A model generated the notes under the pieces. It saw only the letters and a list, made by a program, of their open reading frames with translations. It was not told the origin of the DNA and made no database searches. A DNA stretch of 64,000 nt from an uncultured Campylobacterales bacterium. GTDB taxonomy: Bacteria; Campylobacterota; Campylobacteria; Campylobacterales; CACVAW01. A program made the translations under genes and the position numbers. The stretch is from positions 713 to 64,712 of the forward strand of contig CACVAW010000061.1 of the NCBI GenBank assembly GCA_902727925.1, in the 5' to 3' direction. Position 1 is the first letter of the stretch. Each line of letters begins with the position of its first letter. Below, one piece after another: positions 48,056 through 57,177 of the stretch.

Positions 48056-49437
48056 TAAATATAATACTTTGTGGTGGCAGTGGTACAAGGCTTTGGCCAA
48101 TAAGTAGGTCTCTTATGCCTAAGCAGTTTGTGAAGCTTTTTGGAAGTGAAAAAAATGAAAAAAATAAGTCATTATTTCAGCTTACAGTACAGAGGAATTC
48201 AAAAGTATGTGATAGCCAGTTGATAGTATCTAATCAAGATCAGTATTTCTTAGCTCTTGATCAGCTTGAAGAAATAGGTAAGAGTAAAAATAAGTATCTA
48301 CTTGAGCCAGTAGGTAGAAACACAGCACCTGCAATTGCACTTGCTTGTATGGCACTTGATCCTGAAGAAGTAGTACTTGTGACTCCAAGTGATCATCTTA
48401 TAAAAGATGAGGATGAGTATAAAAAAGTACTAGATAAGGCACTAGACTTAGCAAAGCAGGACAACCTAGTGACTTTTGGGATAACTCCTACATTTGCTGA
48501 AACTGGATTTGGGTATATTGAGTCTGATGGTACTAGTGTGAAGGCTTTTCATGAAAAGCCTGATATAAATACAGCCAAAAGTTATCTTGAAGCTGGGAAT
48601 TACTATTGGAATTCTGGGATGTTTTGTTTTAAGGCTGGGGTGTTCTTGGGAGAGCTTAAGAAGTACTCTCCTAGTATATATGAAGCTTGTACAAATGCGT
48701 ATAGTCCAAGTGACACGAATATGACTAGAATATCTATAGATGATATGAAGCTTATTCCTGAGGATAGTATAGACTACGCAGTGATGGAAAAAAGTGATAT
48801 TGTGAAGGTGATAGCATCTGATATTGGGTGGAGTGATGTGGGGAGCTTTGATGCTCTTTATGAGGAACTTCCAAAAGATGAGGATTCAAATACTCTTAAC
48901 CCTAATCATATATCAATAGATAGCAAGAACAATCTGATATACGGGGATACTAAAAAAATTGCTACTATTGATGTAGATAACCTCATAGTAGTAGATACAG
49001 GTGATGCACTTCTTATATCAAAAAAGGGAAGTTCTCAAAAAGTAAAAAAAGTAGTCAAAGAGTTGAAAAACTCAAACTCAGAACTTCATAATATTCACCT
49101 CACAGGATATAGACCATGGGGGTCATATACGGTACTTGAAGATAGTCCAGGATATAAGATAAAACGAATAGAAGTAAAACCAGGTACAAGACTATCTCTT
49201 CAAAAGCATTATCATAGAAATGAACACTGGATAGTAGTATCAGGTACAGCTACTGTTACTATTGATGATGAGATAAAGATTGTTAGACCAAATGAGAGTA
49301 CTTATATTAAAATGGGTCAACTTCATAGATTAGAAAACAAAGGGAAAATTCCTGTTGTGATTATAGAAGCTCAAGTTGGTGAGTATACTGGAGAAGATGA
49401 TATTGTGAGAATTGAAGATGATTTTGAGCGTGTTTAA
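48052..49437 (+). CDS. manC: mannose-1-phosphate guanylyltransferase / mannose-6-phosphate isomerase (type II PMI)
   Basis: ILCGGSGTRLWPISR, GRNTAPA, and C-terminal cupin RPWGSY...HRNEHWIVV. Confidence 0.93.
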   Translation: MINIILCGGSGTRLWPISRSLMPKQFVKLFGSEKNEKNKSLFQLTVQRNSKVCDSQLIVSNQDQYFLALDQLEEIGKSKNKYLLEPVGRNTAPAIALACMALDPEEVVLVTPSDHLIKDEDEYKKVLDKALDLAKQDNLVTFGITPTFAETGFGYIESDGTSVKAFHEKPDINTAKSYLEAGNYYWNSGMFCFKAGVFLGELKKYSPSIYEACTNAYSPSDTNMTRISIDDMKLIPEDSIDYAVMEKSDIVKVIASDIGWSDVGSFDALYEELPKDEDSNTLNPNHISIDSKNNLIYGDTKKIATIDVDNLIVVDTGDALLISKKGSSQKVKKVVKELKNSNSELHNIHLTGYRPWGSYTVLEDSPGYKIKRIEVKPGTRLSLQKHYHRNEHWIVVSGTATVTIDDEIKIVRPNESTYIKMGQLHRLENKGKIPVVIIEAQVGEYTGEDDIVRIEDDFERV

Positions 49438-49447
49438 CGCTCAAAAT
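49421..49447. terminator. 10-bp stem hairpin between convergent genes
   Basis: ATTTTGAGCG (49421-30) pairs with CGCTCAAAAT (49438-47). The 7-nt loop contains the manC stop codon. Confidence 0.5.
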
Positions 49448-49485
49448 TTATATATGATTTATTGTGCTATATATAGTTAACAGTC

Positions 49486-50823
49486 TCATTTAAAATCTTT
49501 TTCATTAAATTTAGCAATGATCTTATTTATTTTTAACATGTCATTATGTGAATACATGTTAGATATGAGGTTTTTTCTATTTATTAATGACTTGAACTCT
49601 GAAATTTCATACCTTAAACCATCACCTTCAAACTCATAATTAAAATTATATTCTTTATGAATATCTTCAAATTTTATTTTAAATTCTCTTGTTAACCACC
49701 ATGGAGCAGGTATAACTATATACCCCTTGGTTCCTGAAATAACAGCTTCTCCTTCTGATTTCATACCGATACCAACGGTAGAAATAGAAACTTTATTATC
49801 TTTATGTTTACAAATAATTGTATTAGACAAATCAACATTATTATCTTTTTGAGTATAAAATACTATATCTTCTACATCACCTAGAAGTTTTGTAGCTAAT
49901 AATAGTGGATAAGTCGATAGTTCATTTGTAGCACCGCCAAATGGACTTTGCCATTCTCTTAATGTTCTATCTTCAATAAGCTTGGTAAAGGTAGCTTTGA
50001 CTTCTATAACATCTCCAATAATTCCACTTTTAATCTCATCTAATAGTTTATTAAATGCGGGCAAGAAGGCTGTTTTAACAGCTTCTAATAGAATTAAATT
50101 ATTTTCTAACGCTAATTCCACCAATTCTTCTACTTCTTTGACTTTAAGAGTAATTGGTTTTTCACATAATAAATGTTTTTTATTATGTAAAACTTTTTTA
50201 CTCTGTTCATAATGATTCTCATGTGGTGAAGCTATATAAACAGCATCAATATCAGACTTCAGAAAAGAGTCTAAGTTATCAAATCCATATAAAATATCAT
50301 GATTTTGAATAAAAGATTTAACATTTTTCATGTCTCTTGAATATACACTATGTACTTCTATTCCCTCAACAAATGAACATTCAGTGGCAAATCTATGAGC
50401 TATTCTACCTGTACCTATTATACCTAACTTGATACTATCAATACTCTTTCGAAGTTGCGTACTAGAGATATCTTTAGTTCTGGGTAGATATATTACTTCA
50501 CAAAAGTCTTTTAAATAATCAAATTTTCCAATCCAATCATCACCTATGACAAATCTATCTACTTTATAGTGTTTAATGTCTTCAATTTTTTGATTTTTAT
50601 GTGTTTCCACAATTACTTTATCAACAAAATCTAATTTTTTAATTGCATTTAATCTTGTTTCTAAATCCTGAACAACATTTAGTTTTCCTCTAGATCTATC
50701 ATATATTTCAGAGGTAACACCTACTATTAAGTGATCACCAAATTCTTTTGCTCTTTTTAAAATATTTAAATGCCCTATATGAAATAAATCAAATGTACCA
50801 TATGTAATTACTATTTTTGCCAT
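49486..50823 (-). CDS. fusion: TagD-like HxGH cytidylyltransferase plus Gfo/Idh/MocA NAD(P) oxidoreductase
   Basis: N-terminal TYGTFDLFHIGHLNIL...GDDW...RTKDISST. Then IGTGRIAHRF...LCEKP (Rossmann plus EKP motif). RBS AGGAG lies upstream. Confidence 0.8.
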   Translation of the reverse strand: MAKIVITYGTFDLFHIGHLNILKRAKEFGDHLIVGVTSEIYDRSRGKLNVVQDLETRLNAIKKLDFVDKVIVETHKNQKIEDIKHYKVDRFVIGDDWIGKFDYLKDFCEVIYLPRTKDISSTQLRKSIDSIKLGIIGTGRIAHRFATECSFVEGIEVHSVYSRDMKNVKSFIQNHDILYGFDNLDSFLKSDIDAVYIASPHENHYEQSKKVLHNKKHLLCEKPITLKVKEVEELVELALENNLILLEAVKTAFLPAFNKLLDEIKSGIIGDVIEVKATFTKLIEDRTLREWQSPFGGATNELSTYPLLLATKLLGDVEDIVFYTQKDNNVDLSNTIICKHKDNKVSISTVGIGMKSEGEAVISGTKGYIVIPAPWWLTREFKIKFEDIHKEYNFNYEFEGDGLRYEISEFKSLINRKNLISNMYSHNDMLKINKIIAKFNEKDFK

Positions 50824-50962
50824 AATGAGTTTCTCCTAATCCAAAAAAATCTACTACTCAAAACATAAATAACACTCATACTTCTAAAGTATAGAAAGGT
50901 AGAAAGTTTGATAAAAGTTTTTTTATTTTCTGTATTTGTTGAACTTATAAAATTACTTTATT

Positions 50963-52210
50963 TTACATATATTTTTTTAGTACTTCAGGTATTTCTATGC
51001 TTCCATCTGCTTTTTGGAAGTTTTCCATTATGGCTATCATAGTTCTTCCTACGGCTAGACTTGATCCATTTAGAGTGTGTAGGAATTTATTTTTACCATC
51101 TGTGTCTTTATATCTTATTTTGGCTCGTCTTGATTGAAATTCTTGTGTATTTGAGATAGAACTTATTTCTCTATAGCAATTTTGCGCGGGAAACCATACT
51201 TCAAGATCAGTGGTACTTGAGGCACTAAATCCTAGGTCTCCAGTACATAGGTTCATATGTCTGTGAGCGAGTCCAAGTGAGCTTAGTAAGTCACTCGCAC
51301 ACTTTACCATCTCATCAAATATCTTAGCACTATCATCAGGATGAGATAGTACTACAAGTTCTACTTTGTCAAATTGATGTTGTCTTATCATACCTCTTGT
51401 ATCTCTTCCAGCACTTCCAGCTTCTTTTCTAAAGCACGGTGTATAAGCTGTAAGTTTTACAGGTAGGTCATCTTTTGCAACTATTTCATCATTATATATA
51501 TTGGTGAGGGGTACTTCAGCTGTTGGGATTAGAAATAGGTCTTCACCTTCTATTTTGAATAGGTCATTTTCGAATTTTGGGAGTTGTCCAGTTCCTGTCA
51601 TTGTAGGTCTATTTACTATGAGGGGTACACATACCTCTTCATATCCTCTCTCACGGTTGAAGTCGATCATATAGTTGATCAAGGCTCTTTCTAGTCTGGC
51701 TCCATCACCTCTTAGAAGTGAGAATCTACTTTTTGCTAGTTTTACACCTCTTTTGAAGTCTATCCAGCCATTTTGTTCTGCTAGGTCTGAGTGTTCTAGT
51801 ACAGGAAAGTCAAATGTAGGGATGTCTAGGACTTTTTTAATCTCTATATTTTCGCTTTCATCTACGCCTATTGGTACTGTATCAGCAGGTATATTAGGGA
51901 TGATAAGAGCTTTTTGTTGTAGGGTTTCTTCTATTTCTCTAACTTCTTCTTGAAGAGTTGCCATATTCTTTTTATTTTCTGCTAATTTTGCTTGAAGTTC
52001 TTTTATATCTTTGTTTTCTTTTTTGTATACACCAAAAAGTTTACTTTGTTTATTTTGATCAGCTTGTAGTACTTCTAGAGCTGTTCTTTTCTCTTTTAGT
52101 TTTTGAAAAGATGTTTTTATTTCATTTAGTGACTCTGTTGAAACACCTTTTTTGAGTAACTTCTCGCCTACTTCATCAAAGTTGTTTTGTAAGTTTTTTA
52201 AATCTATCAT
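50963..52210 (-). CDS. serS: seryl-tRNA synthetase
   Basis: N-terminal coiled coil. Class II motifs [21 protein letters not shown] and GSSLAVGRT. Confidence 0.95.
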   Translation of the reverse strand: MIDLKNLQNNFDEVGEKLLKKGVSTESLNEIKTSFQKLKEKRTALEVLQADQNKQSKLFGVYKKENKDIKELQAKLAENKKNMATLQEEVREIEETLQQKALIIPNIPADTVPIGVDESENIEIKKVLDIPTFDFPVLEHSDLAEQNGWIDFKRGVKLAKSRFSLLRGDGARLERALINYMIDFNRERGYEEVCVPLIVNRPTMTGTGQLPKFENDLFKIEGEDLFLIPTAEVPLTNIYNDEIVAKDDLPVKLTAYTPCFRKEAGSAGRDTRGMIRQHQFDKVELVVLSHPDDSAKIFDEMVKCASDLLSSLGLAHRHMNLCTGDLGFSASSTTDLEVWFPAQNCYREISSISNTQEFQSRRAKIRYKDTDGKNKFLHTLNGSSLAVGRTMIAIMENFQKADGSIEIPEVLKKYM

Positions 52211-52225
52211 TATTATATGCCTTGC

Positions 52226-52564
52226 TTATATGTCATCATTGTTTTTTGTAGATTCTATTATAACAAATACAACAGAAACTAGGTTAGCTACCAATGCTCC
52301 AACGCTAAGAGCAACTGCTGTAGTAGTACTATCAAATATAACCATAGCCAAAAATGCTGGAATAAGGTGCAAGTCTGATACTAGTGAGCTTGCTAGCATT
52401 TGAGCTGAAAGAGCATTTTTTATACCTATTTTAAGAAATGTTGACATTAGGTTGAACCCAGCTGCTATGAAAAGTATCACAGCGTCATTAAGATATACAA
52501 ATCCTGCAACTGTAGTCAAACTCATAAGAGTAAAAAATGTGTATGTAATTCTTTCCCAATTCAT
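52226..52564 (-). CDS. small integral membrane protein, unknown function
   Basis: 112 aa, 3-4 TM segments, 15 bp upstream of serS on the same strand. Confidence 0.55.
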   Translation of the reverse strand: MNWERITYTFFTLMSLTTVAGFVYLNDAVILFIAAGFNLMSTFLKIGIKNALSAQMLASSLVSDLHLIPAFLAMVIFDSTTTAVALSVGALVANLVSVVFVIIESTKNNDDI

Positions 52565-52577
52565 GTATATCCTTGTT

Positions 52578-52648
52578 AATTGTAAATTATGAATGATGAG
52601 TTATGAATTAGTAGGTATACTAAAATTCATCATTTATAATTTACAATT
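52578..52648. repeat. 22-bp inverted repeat (1 mismatch) with 27-nt spacer abutting the stop of the four-helix-bundle gene
   Basis: AATTGTAAATTATGAATGATGA (52578-99) versus the reverse complement of TCATCATTTATAATTTACAATT (52627-48). Confidence 0.8.
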
Positions 52649-52998
52649 TAATTTCTAGCCTTAGTCGTTATGATTATTGAAGAAATTATTTTTTTAATTT
52701 CTTCAATTTTTAGTTTCATATCAGAAAAAGTATTATCATTAATATAATCAGACTTGAATAAAAGTTCTAACCAATACTCAGTCTCATTAGCTTCTTTTTG
52801 AGCTATAGCCATTTTATGAATAAAGTCTGCTTTGCTTTCAGCATGTTGAGATTCTCTTATCATAGCTCCTATAGATGTTCCACTTCTTAATATCTGTTTA
52901 GATAGAACAAACTCGTTTTTAGATTGAAGAAATTTAAAAATTTTTATAATTTCTAAAGCAAATTCAAAAGACTTATTTTTAATTACATTTTTTTTCAT
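52648..52998 (-). CDS. four-helix-bundle protein (23S rRNA intervening-sequence protein / DGR Avd-like family)
   Basis: 116 aa, LRSGTSIGAMIRES...KADFIHKMAIAQKEANETEYWLELL signature. Confidence 0.85.
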   Translation of the reverse strand: MKKNVIKNKSFEFALEIIKIFKFLQSKNEFVLSKQILRSGTSIGAMIRESQHAESKADFIHKMAIAQKEANETEYWLELLFKSDYINDNTFSDMKLKIEEIKKIISSIIITTKARN

Positions 52999-53021
52999 AA
53001 AAAATAAATCCTTAATTCATC

Positions 53022-53038
53022 ATTCATCATTTATAATT
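53022..53038. repeat. 17-bp direct repeat ATTCATCATTTATAATT (partner at 52625-52641) flanking the four-helix-bundle gene
   Basis: Read directly on both sides of the CDS. The right flank also carries ATAATTC ATAATTC heptamers. Confidence 0.8.
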
Positions 53039-53054
53039 CATAATTCATAATTTT

Positions 53055-54029
53055 TTACAGCGTCCCACCACTTTCATACATTGCTCTTTGCTTTGCTTTT
53101 TCTATCTCTTTTTTCTTTTTTAATGCTAAGCTTTCTCTAAATTTAAAGAGATCAAACCTTAAGTACTGAAGCATATTTGAAGCTATGAAAACAGAACTGT
53201 ATGTTCCTACTATTACACCAACAAGAAGTGTGAAACTAAATCCTTTTATTATTTCTCCACCAAATAGGTATAGAGTCAGTACTACAAAAAATGTTGTTAA
53301 TGATGTAAGTATAGTACGTGATAATGTTTGCGATACGGAACTATTTATTAGGTCAAAAAGTTTTTTTATTCTAGTTACTATTATGTTTTCTCGTATTCTA
53401 TCAAATACTATTATAGTATCATTTAGTGAGTACCCAAGTATTGTTAGGAGTGCTGCAAGGATATCTAGATTGATATCTATTTGAAATAGTACTAAGAATC
53501 CTAGACAGATTGTTATATCATGGAATAAAGCTATGATTGAAGATATAGCAAATCTAAATTCAAACCTAATAGCAACATAAACAAGAATAACTAACATCGA
53601 AAGAGCCATTGCAAGTAGGCCTTTTGTTTTTAGCTCATCTCCGATTTTTGGTCCTACTATATCTTCTCTTCTTATCTCAAAGTTTCCAGTGTCTTTTAGT
53701 AAGACACTTATTTCTTCACTTAGGTTTGTAGATATATCGTTGTTTGAACTTCCTATTCTTATGATAATTTCATCAGGCGAACCAAATTCTGTGATACTTG
53801 CACTTTTGAATTTTTTTTCAACAGACAGAGTGTTTCTTATCTCTTGTAGTGGTGCTGGTTTGTCATATTTGATTTGTACTAGTGTCCCACCTGTAAAGTC
53901 AAGTCCATAGTTAAGACCTTTTGTCATTATAAGACCAAGTGAAGTTACTACTAATATTATTGATATTATAAGAGCTAGTTTTGATTTTCCCATAAAGTCA
54001 TAAGTTTTATTTTTAGAAAAAATTTGCAT
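53055..54029 (-). CDS. secF: protein translocase subunit SecF
   Basis: GLDFTGGT, and LGYSLNDTIVVFDRIRE-like LGYSLNDTIIVFDRIRE; 324 aa. Confidence 0.95.
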   Translation of the reverse strand: MQIFSKNKTYDFMGKSKLALIISIILVVTSLGLIMTKGLNYGLDFTGGTLVQIKYDKPAPLQEIRNTLSVEKKFKSASITEFGSPDEIIIRIGSSNNDISTNLSEEISVLLKDTGNFEIRREDIVGPKIGDELKTKGLLAMALSMLVILVYVAIRFEFRFAISSIIALFHDITICLGFLVLFQIDINLDILAALLTILGYSLNDTIIVFDRIRENIIVTRIKKLFDLINSSVSQTLSRTILTSLTTFFVVLTLYLFGGEIIKGFSFTLLVGVIVGTYSSVFIASNMLQYLRFDLFKFRESLALKKKKEIEKAKQRAMYESGGTL

Positions 54030-55579
54030 TACTTAACCACCTTTATGCCAAACCATAAGTTACTGTTTTTAATTCTTTTTTCAAAAAGTTGATAAATACC
54101 TCTTGTACCAACAATCGCTGTAAGCATTGAAGCAAGTATTCCTATACTAATAGTGATGGCAAATCCTTTTATAGGACCAGTTCCGTATCCATAAAGTATA
54201 ATAGCAACAAGTAAAGTAGTTATATTTGCATCAAATATTGCAGAAAATGCATTTTCATAACCTTCTTTGATAGATTGCTTGATACTTTTACCTTCTCTTA
54301 AAAATTCTCGTATTCTTTCGTTTATGATTACATTTGCGTCCACTGCCATACCGACAGTAAGTACAATTCCTGCCATTCCAGGTAGAGTAAGAGTAGCTCC
54401 AAAGAATGCCATGACAGCAAGTATTATAAATAGATTTGATATTAGTGCAAGGTTTGATATTAGTCCACTTGTTTTGTAATAAACAAGCATAAAGATAATA
54501 ACCATCAAAAACCCAATAAGCAAAGATATCATACCAGCATTTATACTATCTGATCCAAGTGATGGTCCAACACTTCTTTTTTCAAGTAGTACTATAGGAG
54601 CAAGTAAAGCTCCACTTCTTAGAGCTACTGCTACATCTCTAGCTTCTTCTAAGCTAAATTGCCCTGTGATTTGTCCAGATCCTGCAATTCTTGCTTGTAC
54701 AGTTGGTGCTGAGTAGACTTTATTATCAAGCACAACTGCAAGTCTATTTCCTATATTATTTTCAGTAAAGTTTGCAAATATTTTTGCACCAATACTATTT
54801 AAGCTAAAGCCTATCATTGGTCTGTTTTGTTGATCAAATTCCACTCTAGCATCTGTGAGCATGTCACCCTCAACTATAGGAAGTTCTTTTACAAGGTACT
54901 TTAGGTTTTCATCTGAGATATCAGGAAGTATTATATTGTTAAATTCACTTAGTTTTTTTTCACTTATATCATATACTTGATCAGCTCTTGGTTCATCAAC
55001 AGCCATAAGTTGCAGGTGTGAAGGAGCTGCTATTAGTTCTCTTATTCTTTTTTCTTCAGCAGGAGTTTTTACACCAGCGATTTCGACTAGTATTTTATCT
55101 TTGCCTTGACGAGCAACTACAGGTTCACTAAGACCAAACTGATTTAGTCTATTTCTTATAGTGTCAATTGCTTGGTTAAGTGCAAACTCTTTGATATCTA
55201 ATTTTTCTTGCTCAGTAAATTTTATTTTATATATATTATTGTCTTGGGATATCAAAACGCCTTTATATTCACCAAGAAGTTTATCTAAGTTTGCTTTTTC
55301 ATCATTATCAAGAAGTTCAAAAGATATTATAGAGTCATTTACTCTTAAGTCATCTATATATATCTCTTCATCTTGGCAAGAATACTTTATACCTGTAGCT
55401 ACAGATTTGAGCTTTGATTTTATAGCTTCTTCATCTTTGATTCCCAGAAGCATATTTATTCCACCTTGAAGATCAAGGCCTAAGTTTATTTTTTTACCTT
55501 CCATATTTGTTAAAGACGGTAAAGAAAATACTATTCCAAATATAAAGGTAATAGCAAATAAAACAATTCTAAAATTCAT
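54029..55579 (-). CDS. secD: protein translocase subunit SecD
   Basis: LGLDLQGG, GPSLG, and TLPGMAGIVLTVGMAVDANVIINERIRE. Confidence 0.95.
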   Translation of the reverse strand: MNFRIVLFAITFIFGIVFSLPSLTNMEGKKINLGLDLQGGINMLLGIKDEEAIKSKLKSVATGIKYSCQDEEIYIDDLRVNDSIISFELLDNDEKANLDKLLGEYKGVLISQDNNIYKIKFTEQEKLDIKEFALNQAIDTIRNRLNQFGLSEPVVARQGKDKILVEIAGVKTPAEEKRIRELIAAPSHLQLMAVDEPRADQVYDISEKKLSEFNNIILPDISDENLKYLVKELPIVEGDMLTDARVEFDQQNRPMIGFSLNSIGAKIFANFTENNIGNRLAVVLDNKVYSAPTVQARIAGSGQITGQFSLEEARDVAVALRSGALLAPIVLLEKRSVGPSLGSDSINAGMISLLIGFLMVIIFMLVYYKTSGLISNLALISNLFIILAVMAFFGATLTLPGMAGIVLTVGMAVDANVIINERIREFLREGKSIKQSIKEGYENAFSAIFDANITTLLVAIILYGYGTGPIKGFAITISIGILASMLTAIVGTRGIYQLFEKRIKNSNLWFGIKVVK

Positions 55580-55582
55580 TAA

Positions 55583-55855
55583 TTAATCTTCTTTCTTTTT
55601 AGATATAAATTCTTTGTCTATTTTTACTTCGATACCAGCGTCTAGTTCTGCTTTTATAAAAGTAGCTTCATTTTTAAGAACTTTTACGATTAGTCCACCG
55701 TTAGTTACTATAGTATCACCTCTTTTTAGAGACTCTAACATCTCTTTGTGTGATTTTTGAGATTTTTGTTGAGGACGAATTACCAGAAAGTAAAATATAG
55801 CGAAAAAGAAAACGAAAGGTAGAAGTAAATCTACAAAAGAAGCTGAGTTTGACAT
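55583..55855 (-). CDS. yajC: preprotein translocase subunit YajC
   Basis: 90 aa, single TM, then RPQQK...L..GD.IVT.GG. Confidence 0.9.
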   Translation of the reverse strand: MSNSASFVDLLLPFVFFFAIFYFLVIRPQQKSQKSHKEMLESLKRGDTIVTNGGLIVKVLKNEATFIKAELDAGIEVKIDKEFISKKKED

Positions 55856-55956
55856 TTGTGTGTATCCTTGAGTGTTTTTAAGTCTATTTTAATTGCGTGA
55901 TTATATCAATAGTAGTTATATATTAGCTTATTGTTTACTTTTCTAGGATAAAGAAC

Positions 55957-56430
55957 TTAAGCGACATTTCCAAATGTTTTTTTAGGTCTTGGATAGCCAA
56001 CAGGATGATTAACCCAGTTCCAACCTATTTGGTTTGTGTTACCTCCATATATTGGATCACAAAAGGTAGATTCTATTGTATAATAGAGCATTAAAGATAC
56101 CCACTGGCTTCCCAAACCACTTTGTGAGAAGTTATTTAGTAGTTTTTCTTTTTTTGATTTTGGAAGAACATTGAAATTTTTTTCATAGAGATATTTTACA
56201 CCTTGTTTTAATACTCTTATATCTCTTGAGTCAAATGAGCTATGTATAGAGACATTTTTAAGATATTTTGTAGATTGTAATTCTTTTGCACTTGGTCCGA
56301 ACTTACTTTTAGGCATTAATATGTTTTGAGCATTTTCTATGGTTGTCCAAAAGTAGTTGTTTGTTTTTGCACAGCTAGTTATTGTTAAAGCTAAGATAGC
56401 ACTTGATTTTATAAAGTTTCTTCTTTGCAT
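55957..56430 (-). CDS. Tat-signal protein, gluconate 2-dehydrogenase subunit 3 family-like
   Basis: ATG at 56430 preceded by AAGAGGA. Twin-arginine MQRRNFIKSSA and C-terminal DPIYGGN...GW motif. Confidence 0.6.
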   Translation of the reverse strand: MQRRNFIKSSAILALTITSCAKTNNYFWTTIENAQNILMPKSKFGPSAKELQSTKYLKNVSIHSSFDSRDIRVLKQGVKYLYEKNFNVLPKSKKEKLLNNFSQSGLGSQWVSLMLYYTIESTFCDPIYGGNTNQIGWNWVNHPVGYPRPKKTFGNVA

Positions 56431-56517
56431 TTTTATTTTCCTCTTCACAAATATACTATTATTTAATATGTTAAAGTTTATAATACTTAAAAAAACAAAG
56501 AGTGATCAATATAATTT

Positions 56518-57129
56518 ATGAAACTTATTAACAATAATTCTGAAAATATAACAAAAGAACTAATTAATTCAAAAGAACTATTAGTTTTGAATAAGCCTAA
56601 AGGTTATGTGGTCACACGGTCTGATGAACGCCGCAGGAAAACAGTTTATGATCTTTTGCCTGATTGGGTTTTTGATGATGGATGGATGCCTATAGGAAGA
56701 TTGGATTTAGAATCTAAAGGGCTTTTACTGTTTACTACTAACGGAAGACTTGGTAATGCATTAACTAAGCCAGGAAATTGTATTAAAACATATCAGATTT
56801 GGGTTAGAGGTCATGTAACAGATGAGCATATCGTACAGGCTATAAGAGGGGTGGAAAGTAAAGATGAATTACTCAAAGCTCTAAGTGTGAAAAAAATAGG
56901 TACAGGTGGAGCAAAAACAAAACTTATAGTACAAATAGATGAAGGAAAAAACAGACATATACGCCGTCTTTTTGGAGAGCTAAAAGACCTTAAGTTCGGA
57001 ACATCTTTAAAGGTGCTAAGCCTAAATAGAATTAGTATAGGTAATTTTAATCTTGATGTTGAGATTGGTAAGTGGCGTTATCTTTTGTTAGACGAAGAAA
57101 AAAGACTAACTAAGGGTATATTTCCATAG
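56518..57129 (+). CDS. RsuA/RluE-type rRNA pseudouridine synthase (no S4 domain)
   Basis: LVLNKPKGYV and the catalytic-Asp motif GRLDLESKGLLLFTTNG, plus GKNRHIRRLF. Confidence 0.85.
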   Translation: MKLINNNSENITKELINSKELLVLNKPKGYVVTRSDERRRKTVYDLLPDWVFDDGWMPIGRLDLESKGLLLFTTNGRLGNALTKPGNCIKTYQIWVRGHVTDEHIVQAIRGVESKDELLKALSVKKIGTGGAKTKLIVQIDEGKNRHIRRLFGELKDLKFGTSLKVLSLNRISIGNFNLDVEIGKWRYLLLDEEKRLTKGIFP

Positions 57130-57177
57130 ACAAAGAATTTTTCTATAAAATCACGCTTTTAGTATTAAGGATTTTAT

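Noticed and set aside
52152-52403. Plus-strand ORFs 51675-51953, 51958-52155 and 52152-52403
   Set aside because: They are antisense to serS and to the small membrane gene, and show no motifs.
30874-53050. Link between the AAAATTC repeat after the decayed four-helix-bundle gene and the ATAATTC heptamers beside the intact copy
   Set aside because: The units differ, they lie on opposite sides relative to gene orientation, and such A/T heptamers can arise by chance in this genome. This is not enough to claim a shared cassette end.
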